NCBI GenBank assembly: GCA_030390025.1
Contig: CM059432.1
Location: 91,204,001-91,268,000 of the forward strand
Source of the DNA: Squalus acanthias
Lineage: Eukaryota
Direction of reading: 5' to 3'
DNA: 64,000 nucleotides
This document shows positions 9,763-21,760 of the stretch, piece after piece (the first letter of the stretch is position 1; every line of letters starts with the position of its first letter). Under the pieces are notes generated by a model. It made no database searches, was not told where the DNA came from, and saw only the letters and a list, made by a program, of their open reading frames with translations. A program made the translations under genes and the position numbers.

Positions 9763-11689
9763 GCTTCTGGTATATGCCTCAGTTGAGGAAGCGCTCAGTG
9801 AAGGTGGCGAAAGGGGTTTCCCAGGAGGTCACACTGGAGATGGGTGTCAGGTTCCAAACTTCCACACCAATGCTTATGGCTGATAAAAGTTCCCTCAGAC
9901 CTGAGACAACAAAGTTCTGCCACCTGCAAATGATGATTGCTGAAAACTCCCTTTTAATGGTGGAGCTACAGCTGAAAGTCAGCTATCCAAATGAGAAACC
10001 GCCAGGTTTCACCGTCGTGGTTCAGAGGACGCGTGCTTCACGTGGAAACAGGGTTAAACTCACAAAGGGCTGTCAAAATGGCATTTTAGAGGCTCCTAAG
10101 TGGCTGTTAAGGGCCTTAAAGGCCTATCCCGCCTCTTGGAGGCGGGACGGAGTCAGGATCGGAAACCCCCAATTTTGGAAAATTGCTCGGAGGTGGGATG
10201 GAGGCGGGACCATGGTCGCCTGCCATTTTTTGCTATTTTAACTCCCCACACGCCTCCATTCCCGCCTCCTCGGGCTTAGCAAAATCGAGCCCTATGCCTC
10301 TATTTATGAAGCCCAGGATCCCATATGTTTTTTTAACCACTTTCTCAACCTCCCCTGCCATCTTCAATGATTTGTTCACATATACCCCCAGGGGTCTCAG
10401 TTCATACACTCCCTTTAGAATTGAATCCTTTAATTTATATTGCCTCTCCTCATTCTTCCAACCAAAATGTATCACTTCACACTTTTCTGTGTTAAATTTC
10501 ATCTGCCACATGTCTGCCCATTTCACCAGCCTGTCTATGTCCTCTTGAAGTCTATCACTATCCTCCTCACTGTTCACTATACTTCCAAGTTTTGTGTCAT
10601 CTGCAAATTTTGAAATTGTGCCCTGTACACCCAAGTCTAAGTCATTAATATATATCAAGAAAAGCAGTGGTCTTAGTACCGACCCCTGGGGAACACCACT
10701 GTATACCTTCCTCCGGTCCGATAAACAACCGTTCACCACTACTCTCTGTTTCCTGTCACTTAGCCAATTTCATTTCCGTGCTGCCGCTGTCCCTTTTATT
10801 CCATGGGCTTCAACTTTGCTGGCAAGCCTATTATGAGGCACTTTATCAAATGCCTTTTGGAAGTCCATGTACACTACATCAACCACATTGCCCTCATCAA
10901 CCCTCTGTTACCTCATCAAAAAACTCAATCAAGTTAGTTAAACACAATTTGCCATTAACAAATCTGTGCTGGATTTCCTTAATTAACCCACACTTGTCCA
11001 AGTGACTGTTAATGTTGTCCCAGATTATAATTTCTAAAAGCTTCCCCACTACAGAGGTTAAACTGACTGGCCTGTAGTTGCTGGGTTTATCCTTACACCC
11101 TTTTTTGAACAAGGGTGTAACATTTGCAATTCACCGGTCCTCCGGCACCACCCCCGTTTCTAAGGAGGATTGGAAGATTATGGCCAGTACCTCCGCAATT
11201 TCCACCTTTACTTCTCTCAGCATCCTAGGATGCATCCCATCCGGTCCTGGTGACTTATCCTTGGTAAAGACAGATGGAAAGTACTCATTTAGTACCTCAG
11301 CTATGCCCTCTGCCTCCATGCGTAGGTCCCCATTTTGGTCCCTAATCAGCCCCACCTCTCATCTTACTACCCGTTTATTATTTATATGCCTATAGAAGAC
11401 TTTTGGATTCCCTTTGATGTTAGCTGCCAATCTATTCTCATACTCTCTTTGCCCCTCTTATTTTCTTTTTCACTTCCCCTCTGAACTTTCTATAGTCAGC
11501 CTGGTTATCACTTGTATTCTCAACCTGACATCTGTCATATGCCCCTTTTTCTGCTTCATCTTACTCTCTATCTCTTTCGTCATCCAGGGAGCTCTGGCTT
11601 TGGTTGCCCTACTTTTCCCCCTTGTGGGAATGTACCTCGACTATACCCAAATCATCTCCTCTTTAAAGGCAGTTCAACTACAGGTTTGC

Positions 11690-12184
11690 TTTTTTTTTAT
11701 TCGTTTATGGGATGTAGGCATCGCTGGCAAGGCCAGCATTTATTGCCCATCCCTAATTGCCCTCGAGAATGTGGTGGTGAACCACCTTCTTGAACTGCTG
11801 CAGTCCATCGATGCCGGGTGGTCCGTCCGGTTTTATTCTTATTATTGTGTTTTGTGTTTTGTTACAACCGAGTGGCTTGCTGAGCCATTTCAGAGGGCAG
11901 TTAAGGGTCAACCACATTGCTGTGGGTTACATATAGGCCAGACCAGGTAAGGATGGTAGATTTCCTTCCCTAAAAGGACATTAGTGAACTAGATGGGTTT
12001 TTATGACTATTTGATAGTTTCATGGTCACCATTACTGATACTAGCTTTTTATTCCAGATTATTTAATTAACTGAATTTAAATTCCCCAGCTGCCGTGGTG
12101 GGATTTGAACTCACGTCTCTGGATCATTAGTCCAGGCCTACTGGATTACTAGCCCAGTGACATTACCACTATGTTACCGTTCCC
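11690..12184 (-). mobile_element. tRNA-derived SINE whose 3' tail matches the LINE at 29765-30588
   Basis: Head on minus strand: catagtggtaatgtcactgg...gagttcaaatcccaccacgg (A/B-box-like). Tail gggcaattagggatgggcaataaatgctggccttgccagc. Second copy at 19975-20370. Confidence 0.8.
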
Positions 12185-13054
12185 TAATCTTTGATTCCAA
12201 TTTACTCGGGCCAGATCCATTCTCAACCCACTGAAATTGGCCTTCCTCCAATTAAGTATTTTTACTCTAGATTGCTCCCTGTCCTTTTCCATAGCTACTC
12301 TAAACTTTGATACTGTGATCACTGTTCCCTAAATGTTCCCCTACTAACACTTATTCTACTTGACCCACCTCATTCCCCAGAACCAGAACCAGCAATGCCT
12401 CCTTCCTCGTTGGGCTGGAAACGTACTGATCAAGAAAGGTCTCCTGAACACACTTCAGAAATTCTTCCCCCTCTCTGTCCTTAACACTATTACTATCCCA
12501 GTCTAGATTAGGATAGTTGAAGTCCCCCATTATCACTACTCTATAGTTCTTGCACCTCTCTGTAATTTCCCTGCAAATTTGCTCCTCTATATCCTTCCCA
12601 CTAGTTGCTGGTCTATAGAATACACCTAATGGTGTAATGGCACCTCTATTATTTCTTAACTCTAGCCATATAAATGCTGTCCTTGACTCCTCCAAGACAT
12701 CCTCTCTCTCCAGCACTGTAATATTCTCCTTAATCAATACTGCCATCCCACCTTCCTTTCTTTCCCTCCCTATATTTCTCAAACACAATGGGCTGAATTT
12801 TGTCATTGGGGCGGGTTGGGGGCAGGTCCCACCCCCGCCTCCGATGTGAGGCGGGATAATTTTGCGATTTTGCCCTAATTGGGCACTTGATTTCCAGTGT
12901 GCAAGAACCCCTGGCCCAATGAGTCTTTTGGTCCTGAAACTCGCCTCTGATGGCGTCATCTATGCAGCTGCATTGAAGGCTTGCAAGCAGCCTTGGTTCA
13001 TTTTCTGCCTTACAACTTTTTTGCTGAGACTTCTGAGGGATTAGTGGTGCAAAC

Positions 13055-15026
13055 ATGGCAAGCTCAAGGCCCAAGTGTGCACCCCGCTTTGATGAGGACT
13101 CCCGTGAAGGGAGCAAGAGCTCAGAAGGAAGTGCTGTTTCCTTCATCTGGGAGGAAAAAGCCTCCACAGCAGACCAAAGCTGTGTGGCTGCAAGTGGCAC
13201 AGGAGGTCAGTGCCATCTCAATGTGCAGCAGAACCTGGCTGCAGTGCAGAAAGAGGTTTCATGACCTTCTCCGCACAGGAAAAGTGAATATTATATCACC
13301 GTGACCCTCAATCTGCTCCCCATCGCCTCTCATCACCAGAACTCTTCATTGTCAACCTCCTCCTCCACATCCCACTTAACCCTTACATCCCTGCACCCTT
13401 AACCATTCCCTCTCTCTGTATGTTCACATTCACTTAACTATTCGACTATGCAGCCCTCGCACTCCCTATCACTGTTATGCTATGACAACAACTTACAACA
13501 CACAGGGAGGGCCCTTGGTCTTAGGACCTCACTCCATCTTTGTGTCTTTCTAAGCATCTATGCTATGGATTCTCTACGCTCACTCCTTCATTCTCACTCA
13601 AACTCCACTTGTATCCCTCATTGCAGGAAAAGAGAGCCCACAATAAGAGGGAAAGGGCGAAGACAGGAGGAGGGCCACCCTCAAAAGCCCAGCTCACCAA
13701 TGCAGAGGAGGCGGCCCTGGAGATCGTGGGAGGGGAGGACAATGCGCAAGTGGGGGACGGACAGGCGGGCGCATCAGAGCAAGCTGGTGACAGAATAGCT
13801 TTTCATCTCTCTCATTGACATTGCATGAGTGACTGATATTGATTCTGATGCTCCAACAGATTGACTTATGATCATCTGCACAATTCCATGTGCATGCAAC
13901 GTATATCTCACATGTCTAACTCTTTCCTTTACTCCCCCACATGACCATCGACAGCCCCCCTCCCCACTGTCCAGGAGGAACAGTCTGAGCCACAAGACTC
14001 CTCAGAGGAAGCTGCAACCTCTGAGGGCGCAGCATCACCAGAATTAAGTGCACCCAGCACCAGCGCAGACACTCACACCTCGGTGGGACCTTCGGGACAT
14101 AGAGTAGTGTTGTCACCTGGTGTCTCACAGGTCACAAGTGAGCATCAGCAGATGGTGGAGACAGGGACAGCAGTGGAGAGTCCTCATCAGAGGGCGCAGG
14201 GTGCTCCCAGCTCGGCTCAGCTGCATGTCGACCCTGTGCCTCCGGGTCCATCCAGGAGAGCGGTGCTGGAACTCCAGGAACAGGTGCAGGAGTCTCTGGC
14301 AGGTTTTGTCTCCAGGGTCACTGTGAGTGTGGCGCGGATGGAGGAGTCCATCGCTAACATGAGCAAAGCCTTTGTGAGGCAGTGGCGCATGAACGCATCA
14401 CCACAGAAAGGATGGCAACCTCCGTGGAAAGGATGGCTACGGTAGAGGAGTGTATGGCTACGGCTGAGGAGAGGATGGCTACGGCCATGGAGGAGCTAAG
14501 TCGCCAGTGTGAGGAAAACATAGTCATTGTTCAGAATAGACTGACATCTCTGGAGGAGCGATAGACAGCTATTGAGCAGAGAAACCAGAGCTTCATGGAA
14601 GTCCTCTGGAGTAGGACTTCCAGTTCAGAAATGGGTCCTCATGGCCCCCCTGAAGTGCAGCAAGGTGCTGTCAAGCCACTTGCTGGCTCTGAAGTGGGCC
14701 TGACCCATGAGAGGGATGTTGGTGGCAGACAACAAGGAAGTGGGGACTCCTCTCCAAGCGCTCACACTTCCATGCCACTGCAGAGCCCTCGGTCAGAGCC
14801 CCACCAGAGTCCTCACCCAACTGAGATGGGCGTCTCATCCCCTGCACAGCCGCAGGAGCAGCAGACTGTTGGCGAGTCCTCACAGGCTCGCAACCCCAGA
14901 GGACACCCACCAAAGGTGTCAAGGCAGGAGCAGCATGAAAGTGATCAAGGGGCCTCCACATCTGCTAAAGCCACAGGGGAAGCACCACGTAGGAGCACGC
15001 GTAAGAGGAAGATAAAGCACAAGTAG
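13055..15026 (+). pseudogene. Harbinger Myb/SANT-like protein, 3 exons (13055-13283, 13627-13786, 13943-15026), disrupted
   Basis: Homologous to the H1 gene. Exon 1 deletion/frameshift, second acceptor AG>AT at 13941-13942, frameshift near 14380, TAG at 14562, ends RRSTRKRKIKHK*. Confidence 0.87.
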
Positions 15027-15284
15027 TCACAAGGATAGTCACTTGGGTGTTCTGTTGTGTTTAATTGTGAAATGCCATCCATGAATTAATGTTATAAAAT
15101 GACTTGATGACAAACTGTTGAAGTTGTGGGCTGTGTCATTTCGTAAATGGGACTTCCACATTGAGGGCTCAGGGCGACTTGGAATTGTCAGTATGGTGGT
15201 CAGAGTGATAGGAAGCCACAGGTTCTTGTCCATTGTCGATGGTGTGGTAAGAAGGTGCAAGTCAAATGTGTTTGATTGGGCAGC

Positions 15285-16529
15285 CTAAGCAAATCTGGCC
15301 AAGATCAGTGCATCCCTTGCATCCCGGGCAGCAATGTTCTCGCGTGCTGCTGCCGCTGGTTGATGTGCCTCCGCAAGCTGTTCATTGTTGCTCTCCTCCT
15401 CCTCCTCCTCCTCATCCTCGGAGGCTATGCGATGAGCCACTTGTACCTCAGGCAGCTGCAAGCCACAATGCTGTGCCATGTTGTGAAGTGCACAGCAGAC
15501 CATGACGATTCTGGAGACTATGGCTGCTGAGTACTGCAGGGCTCCACCTGATCTATCAAGGCATCTGAATCGAATCTTCTGCAAGCTGATGGTTTGCTCG
15601 ATAATGGATCTGGTGGAAATGTGGCTGGAGTTGAGGCGCTCCTCAGCTTCGTTGGATGACCTCCTCAACGGCATCAATAGCCACGTCTTCAGGGGATAGC
15701 CCCTGTCTCCAAGTAGCCATCCGCATAGTTGGTCTGGCGACTGAAGAGCGGAGGAACACTAGACTGCCGCAGGATGAAGGAGTCATGGCAACTGCCAGGG
15801 TACTCGGTGCAAACATGCAAAATTTCCTTCTTGTGGTTACACACCAGCTGCACATTGAGGGACTGGAAGCCCTTGCGGTTGACAAAAATACATGGATTGT
15901 GATGGGGTGCCTTAAGGGCTACATGTGTGCAGTCTACGACGCCCTGCACCCTTGGAAAGCCTGCCAGATTAGCAAATCCAACCGCTCACGTGGTTACACT
16001 TGCTTGATCCTTGGAGAAGTGGATGTAATTGTGCACGTTGGCAAAGAGGGCATCGGTTACCTGCATGATGCAAGTGTGTGCGGCTGCCTGGGAGATGCCG
16101 CTGATGTCTGCTGTTGATCCCAGGAATGAGCCTGAAGCAAAAAAGTTGAGTGCGGTGGTGACTTTGACGGCCACTGGTAAGGGGTGTCCACCCGCTCCTC
16201 TGGGCTCCAGGTCTTGCTGCAGCATTGCACAGATGTCACCCACTACCTCTCGCGAAAGTCTGAGCCTCCTTTGGCACTGCTGCTCAGTCATGTTGAGGTA
16301 GCTCATCCTCTGTCTGTAAACCTTGTTTTGGGGGGTCTCTCCTACGGTGACGTCTTTCCCTGCGCTGGCGCCTTCTGGCCTGTGCAGCTTCAGGTGGGTG
16401 AGCAGCAGCTTGGCGCTCCTGTTGTTGCTCCTGCTGGTGGTGCTGCTGTTGTTCCGGGTTCTGCTGCTGCCACAGCTGGTCTTTGTCCGAATCTGAGGTC
16501 CAGGAGGAAAGGAAATAAATGGTTCCCAT
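15285..16529 (-). pseudogene. Harbinger DDE transposase, several frameshifts
   Basis: Q-rich N-terminus ([15 protein letters not shown]...), [32 protein letters not shown], acidic tail, ALILARFA*. Confidence 0.93.
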
Positions 16530-17383
16530 GCTGCAGGTATATACCTCAGTTGAGGAAACGCTCAGTCAAGGTGAGGAGAGGGGTTTCCCAGGAGGTCAGA
16601 GTGGAGATGGATCTCAGCTTCAAAACTTCCAAAATGTGAAGGCCTGCAAAAAGTTCTCCCAGACCGGAGAAAAGAAAGTTCTGCCACCTGCAAATGATCA
16701 TTGTGGAAAACGCCTTTATGGTGGATCTGCAGCTGTTAGTAAGCCATCCACTTGTGAGCCCGACAGGATTAACTGGCGTGTTCCAGGGGAGACGTGCAGC
16801 ACGCGGGAAATGTGTTAAACTCTGAAAGGCTTCTCAAAATGGCATTATAGAGGCACTTAAGTGGTTGTTAAGTCCCTTAAGGGCCTATCCCGCCTCTTGG
16901 AGGCGGGACCGAAACGGGGTCTGAAAGCCCGCATTTGGGAAAGTTGCTCAGAGGCGGGTTGGAGGCGGGATCGGAGTCCGACGCCATTTTTGGCAACTTT
17001 CCCACCTGACCCGCCTTCAAACCCGCCTCCACGGTCCTGGCAAAATCCAGCCCCTTATGTCCAGGAATATTTAGTACCCAGCCCTGCCCTTTTTTGAGCC
17101 AGGTCTCTTGTTATCGCCACAACATCATATTCCCATGTGTCTATTTGCACCTGTAGCTCACCAACCTTATTTACCACACTTCGTGCATTCACACACATGC
17201 ACTGTAAACCCATCTTAGACCTTCTTGTATTCTCTCTTAGTCTGACCCCACCTAATACGCACTATTTCTTACTCTAGTGCTACCTGTCTCTCCCAATCCT
17301 TTGTGCACCTTGTTTCTCCTTTCTCATGCTCCATCCTGGTGCCCATCCCCCTGCCAAATTAGTTTAATCCCTCCCCAACAGCA

Positions 17384-18575
17384 CTAGCAAACCCTACCCC
17401 CCCCCCGCCCCGCATTGGTCCCGGCTCTGTTGAGGTGCAACCCGTCCGGCCTGTATAGGTCCCACCTCCCACAGAACTGGTCCCAATGCCCCAGGAATCT
17501 AAAGCCCTCCCTCCTGCACCATCTCTCCAGCCACGCATTCATCTGCTCAATCTTTCTATTTCTATACTCACTAGCTCGTGGCACTGGGAGTAATCCGGAG
17601 ATTACTACCTTTGAGGTCATACTTTTTAATCACTTTCCTAGCTCTCTAAAATCTGCCTGCAGGACCTCATCCCTCTTTCTACCTATGGTGTTGATATCGA
17701 TATGGACCACGACCTCTGGCTGTTCACCCTCCCCCCTCAGAATGTTCTACAGCCACTCAGTGACATCCTTGACCCTGGCACCAGGGAGGCAACATACCAT
17801 CCTGGAATCATGTTTGCGGCCGCAGAAACGCCTGTATGTTCCCCTAACTGTCAAATCTCCTATCACTATTTCTTTCCCGATCTTCCTCCTCCCCCCCTGT
17901 ACAGCTGAGTCACCTGTGGTGCCATGGACTTGGCTCTGGCTGTATTCCCAGAGGAACCATCGCCCTCACCGGTATACTGGTTGGAGAGTGGGATGCACTC
18001 AGGGGACTCCTGCACTACCTGCCTGGTCCTCCTTGTCTGTCTGGCAGACACCCATTCCCTCTCTGCCTGCTTTGCACCTGTAGCTCACCAACCTTATTTA
18101 CCACACTTCATGCATCCACACACATGCACTGTAAACCCATCTTAGACCTTCTTGTATTCTCTCTTAATCTGACCCCACCTAATACATACTATTTCTTACC
18201 CTAGTGCTATCTGTCTCTCCCAATCCTTTGTGTACCTTGTTTCTCCTTTCTCATGCTCCATCCTGGTGCCCATCCCCCTGCCAAATTAGTTTAATCCCTC
18301 CCCAACAGCACTAGCAAACCCTCTCCCCCCCCCCCGCATTGGTCCCAGCTCTGTTGAGGGGTGACCACCTCTTGAAACATGCTATCCACGGAGCTCTCAG
18401 CCTCACGGATGCACCGCAGTGACACCAGATGCTGCTCAAGCTCCGAAACCTGGAGCTCGAGCTCCTCCAGCTGAGGACACTTCCTGCACACATGGTTGTC
18501 CAGGACACGGGAAGCATCGTGGAGTTCCCACATGGCACAGGATGTACATTCCACAGGACCGAGGTGCCCTGCCAT
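17384..18575 (-). pseudogene. CR1 ORF1 (N-terminal Cys motif/coiled coil + SGNH-esterase-like domain)
   Basis: VECTSCAMW...VCRKC..LEELELQVSELE at 18575-18400; KVVISGLLPVPR...DGLHLN at 17620-17430. Confidence 0.85.
18071..18359. repeat. ~290-bp duplicate of 17144-17434 inserted within CR1 ORF1
   Basis: tttgcacctgtagctcaccaacc...ctctgttgagg occurs at both places. Confidence 0.9.
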
Positions 18576-18867
18576 GCCTTTACTTAATAGACTATTAAGT
18601 AACTTAACAGAAATAAACTTAAGACTTAAAAAAACCCAATCACCAGCGACTCACCAATCAGCTCCTTCCCTTGTGCTGACGTCACTTACCTCGCTCTCTG
18701 ACGTTCACGCTCCCTCTGGGCTCTTGGGCCTACCTTTATCTGCGGCCGCTCCTCTCACTCTCCCGCTGGTCCGTCCTCGTGTCTATTAACTTAGAGACCT
18801 TGGGTTCTGTGGCTCCAATCCTCCTTTTCAGTCAGACATCTCACCCGCCTTCCTCCTCTCCACTGAA

Positions 18868-19505
18868 TTCCTGCACTCCCCAAATTCCTCCACTCTGCTT
18901 GCGATTCACTCCATTTGCTTTCTCCCAGCTGTGTCTCCAAGCTTCAGGCTTTTGCACAACTAGTGCCTAATATATGCCTTTTCAGAGTCAAAAAATCTAC
19001 AACTGCTTAAGCAGCTTCTAGCTCACAGCTTTTACCACCTACCCAAGCAACCACTTACAGCTGATGGCTGTTAACTGCTAACTGCCACTGACCATGCAGT
19101 TTCTTTTATGTTACAAGACAAAGCCCCTGCCTCTCTTCCGCAGCTGCGTTCGCGCCTGGGTGGCCCTGGAGATGGAGCACACGGTGTCCGCTGGCGCGTT
19201 CGAGGCCTTCCGCGACCTGGTGGGCACCAGAGGGACTGGAGTGCATCATCACTCCGGCAACAACATTTTAATTTAAGTTATTAAGTTTCATTTAATGTTT
19301 TTGTTAAACTACAGTTTGTTTGTTTTTTGGTTGCATCAAAAAGAGCTACAAGACAAAGCCAAATTCCAATCTGATGATTACTTACCTAACTTACCTTATA
19401 CCTACGAGTGAATTCCTCCTCTCCACCGATTCCTGCGCTCACCAAATTCCTCCACTCTGCTTGCGATTCACTCCATTTGCGTTCTTCAAGCTCTGTCTCC
19501 AACTC
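18868..19505. repeat. ~75-bp direct repeat (18868-18945 and ~19429-19505)
   Basis: ccaaattcctccactctgcttgcgattcactccatttgc occurs twice. Confidence 0.8.
19126..19346 (+). mobile_element. 5'-truncated Tx1/L1-clade LINE 3' end with 14-bp TSD
   Basis: ORF2 C-terminus-like LPLFRSCVRAWVALEMEH...FEAFRD, AT-rich 3' UTR, tacaagacaaagcc at 19112-19125 and 19347-19360. Confidence 0.7.
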
Positions 19506-19619
19506 TGTGCTCAAGCTCTCAGGAGAGCTAAAGAATGTGCCGGGAGAGTGCACTGGGTGGCACTCATAACACAAGTGAGCAGGACGAGGGAGTTGCTGTC
19601 AGATGGTCAGAAGTCGTTG

Positions 19620-19850
19620 CCTCTCAGCGGAAGAGCTGGAGACCTGGAGCTCACATGTTTTGCATTTAAAGGAACGATGCTGGCAGAGCATCAAGCTTTG
19701 GTTCAGGCATTAGGGGCTACATCAGACAGTGTGCTGCAAATGGCCCAGTCGCAATGCTTGCACAGGCTGCACTTGACCAAAGAAGCAGTCAGTGAGAAAT
19801 TTCACATGCTTCAGGGAGGTTGTGACCTTTACCGCCAGTGGTAGCGAAGT
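19620..19850 (+). pseudogene. Possible remnant of a Harbinger Myb-like exon 3
   Basis: DLELTCFAFKGTMLAEHQALVQAL resembles EDLDGEAFRRRLMGMHTEMIGAM of H3 exon 3. Confidence 0.4.
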
Positions 19851-19974
19851 GCCTGTGGCGGAGTTAGACTTTAAGGCGGGTTGAAGCAAGTGGAATTGCT
19901 CACTGATGCCTTCCTTTGTAAAGGAAGTATTGCTACTGGGACACCTGGAGGTAGGAGCCCCTCTAACTGTGTAT

Positions 19975-20370
19975 ATTTTTTATTCATTCTCAGGATGAGG
20001 GCATTGCTGGCAAGTGTAGCATTTACTACTCATCCATAGCTGCCCTTGAGAAGTGGTGGACCTTCTTCTTGAACTGCTGCCATGTTGGCAGTTTGGCGCA
20101 ACTGAGTTACTTGTTAGCCCACTTCAGAGGGCAGTTCAGAGTCAATCATGTTGATGTGGGACTGGAGTCACATATAGGCTAGAGTGTGTAAGGACAGCAG
20201 GTTTCCTTCCCTGACAGCTTCATGTTTACTTTTACTGGTACCAACCTTTCATTTCCAGATTTTTGTTTAACTGAATTCAAATTCTCAAACTGCCATAGTG
20301 GGATTTGAACTCACCTTCTTTGTATTATTAGTATAGGCCTCTGGATTACTCGTTCAGTAACATAGCCACT
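19975..20370 (-). mobile_element. tRNA-derived SINE, second copy of the 11690-12184 family
   Basis: Collinear similarity, including gtgggatttgaactcac and cagagggcagtt blocks. Confidence 0.75.
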
Positions 20371-20994
20371 GTGTGGGAGTGCCGGTGGGTGGATATCATG
20401 TACCTGTGGTGCTGTTGATCATCCAGTGCTCCTCCTCTTCTTAAAGTAAACACATAGGGGATTCTCAATGGGAAACCCATTGTGCTCTGTCTGAAAGGGT
20501 CAGGGGAAGCCCCACAGCAAACGACACAAAGGCAGATGTGAAAGTAATTGGCAGCAACCAAAAAAGAAAGCACCAAAATCAAGTTATAAATGCGTCTTCT
20601 GCAAACCTGCCAATCTAGCTGATTGCCTTCCAGCTTTTCCCTTGCACATAGTAACCCTGGATGCCCATTTTATCTCAGCAAGAACAGAAACTGATGATAA
20701 TGAGGGGGAATTGACAGAAAATCAAACCCATGAGATTATCACCTTGTTTAAATGTGCCCACCCAAAACTGGGTGCAAGAAATTATGGAGGAAAATGGGGT
20801 GGTTGTTAAAGTACGCACAGAGTACTGGTGGAACCGAACTGTTGCCTACTTTCTACTCCCGGTTACTTGCTTTGCACTTGTACAATGGGTGACCGAAGTG
20901 TAAAATCCAGTCTTATGTGCCCACAAAGTGATAAAATCAAAGATATTTCAAAACTAATAATATGTATTTATTCCTATATTTTTTCAGATATAAT

Positions 20995-21310
20995 GAAAGA
21001 AGAAAGAACTTGCATTTATATACTGCCTATCATGACCTTGGGACATCCCAAAGTACTTTACAGTCAATGAAGTACTTTTTGAAGTGTAGTCACTGTTGTA
21101 ATGTAGAGAAATGTAGCAGCCAATTTGTGCACAGCAAGGTCCCACAAACCGCAATGTGATACATGACCAGATCATCTGTTTTAATGATATTGGTTGAGGG
21201 ATAAATGTTGGTCAAGACACCAGGGGAACTCCTCTCTCTTCTTCAAAAAGTGCCATGGGATCTTTTACATCCATCTGTGAGGCCTCAGTTTAACATCTCA
21301 TCCGAAAGAT
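20995..21310 (-). mobile_element. Deu-type SINE (body and 3' tail)
   Basis: aagaaagaacttgcatttatata...gccatgggatcttttacatcca...tttaacatctcatccgaaaga. Confidence 0.7.
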
Positions 21311-21436
21311 ATATTGAAGTAATACTTCGAATGAAAAGTACTTACCCTATACATTCTGTCTCCTTTAAGTAAATCTATGTTTGGAAAATATGACTTGGGT
21401 TTAATGCAAAAGCTGATCTGTTACAACTGACATGAA

Positions 21437-21760
21437 GGGGGGAATTTTAACCCCAAAAAACAGGTGGGTTGGGGCCAGGTGGGAGTTTAAAGTGTTAAAA
21501 ATCTGAATCCTGACCCCAACCTGCCCACTGGCAGTTTTAACGGAGGCGGGACGGGGGGTCGGGCAGCCATCGCGCTCCCAGGAGGCGGGTTGGCACTTTA
21601 AATATAATAATGAGGCTGGAAGCCTAGGATTTAACCAGCGTTGCCGGTTTAACTGTGGCTGGCCGGGGTTCCTGGGCCTTGGGATTCCTGGCAGCTGCAG
21701 CGAGGCGAGGCCAGCCTCGGGGAGCACTCCATGTGGCCTGGGAGGAGCAGGAGTGCTCTG
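21437..21760. mobile_element. Partial non-autonomous Harbinger-like element
   Basis: Starts ggggggaattttaac; ggaggcggg motifs; shares a block with 3395-3892. Confidence 0.55.

Larger units (their letters stand above)
6025..10292. mobile_element. Two-gene PIF/Harbinger transposon H1 (4.27 kb)
   Basis: TIRs gggctggattttg / caaaatcgagccc, TAT TSD, convergent Myb-like (+) and transposase (-) genes. Confidence 0.95.
12790..17053. mobile_element. Two-gene PIF/Harbinger transposon H2 (4.26 kb), paralog of H1
   Basis: TIRs gggctgaattttg / caaaatccagccc. Collinear with H1 over both genes and introns. TSD is not clean (aat/ctt). Confidence 0.94.
4810..17200 (-). pseudogene. CR1 ORF2 (APE endonuclease + reverse transcriptase), fragmented
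   Basis: ORF-track pieces 5000-5210, 10293-10739, 10897-11112, 11131-11355, 12351-12789 with CR1 motifs; stops, frameshifts and insertions. Confidence 0.88.
4671..18790 (-). mobile_element. Near full-length CR1 LINE, interrupted by three Harbinger insertions and a SINE
   Basis: (gattctat)n-type 3' tail at 4671. RT fragments (SGVPQGSVL, KFADDTKL at 10233-10739; NYRPVSLTS at 10897-11112), APE fragments (GVFYRP, MGDFNYP at 12351-12780) and ORF1 fragments at 17384-18575. Reading is collinear across the insertions. Confidence 0.92.
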
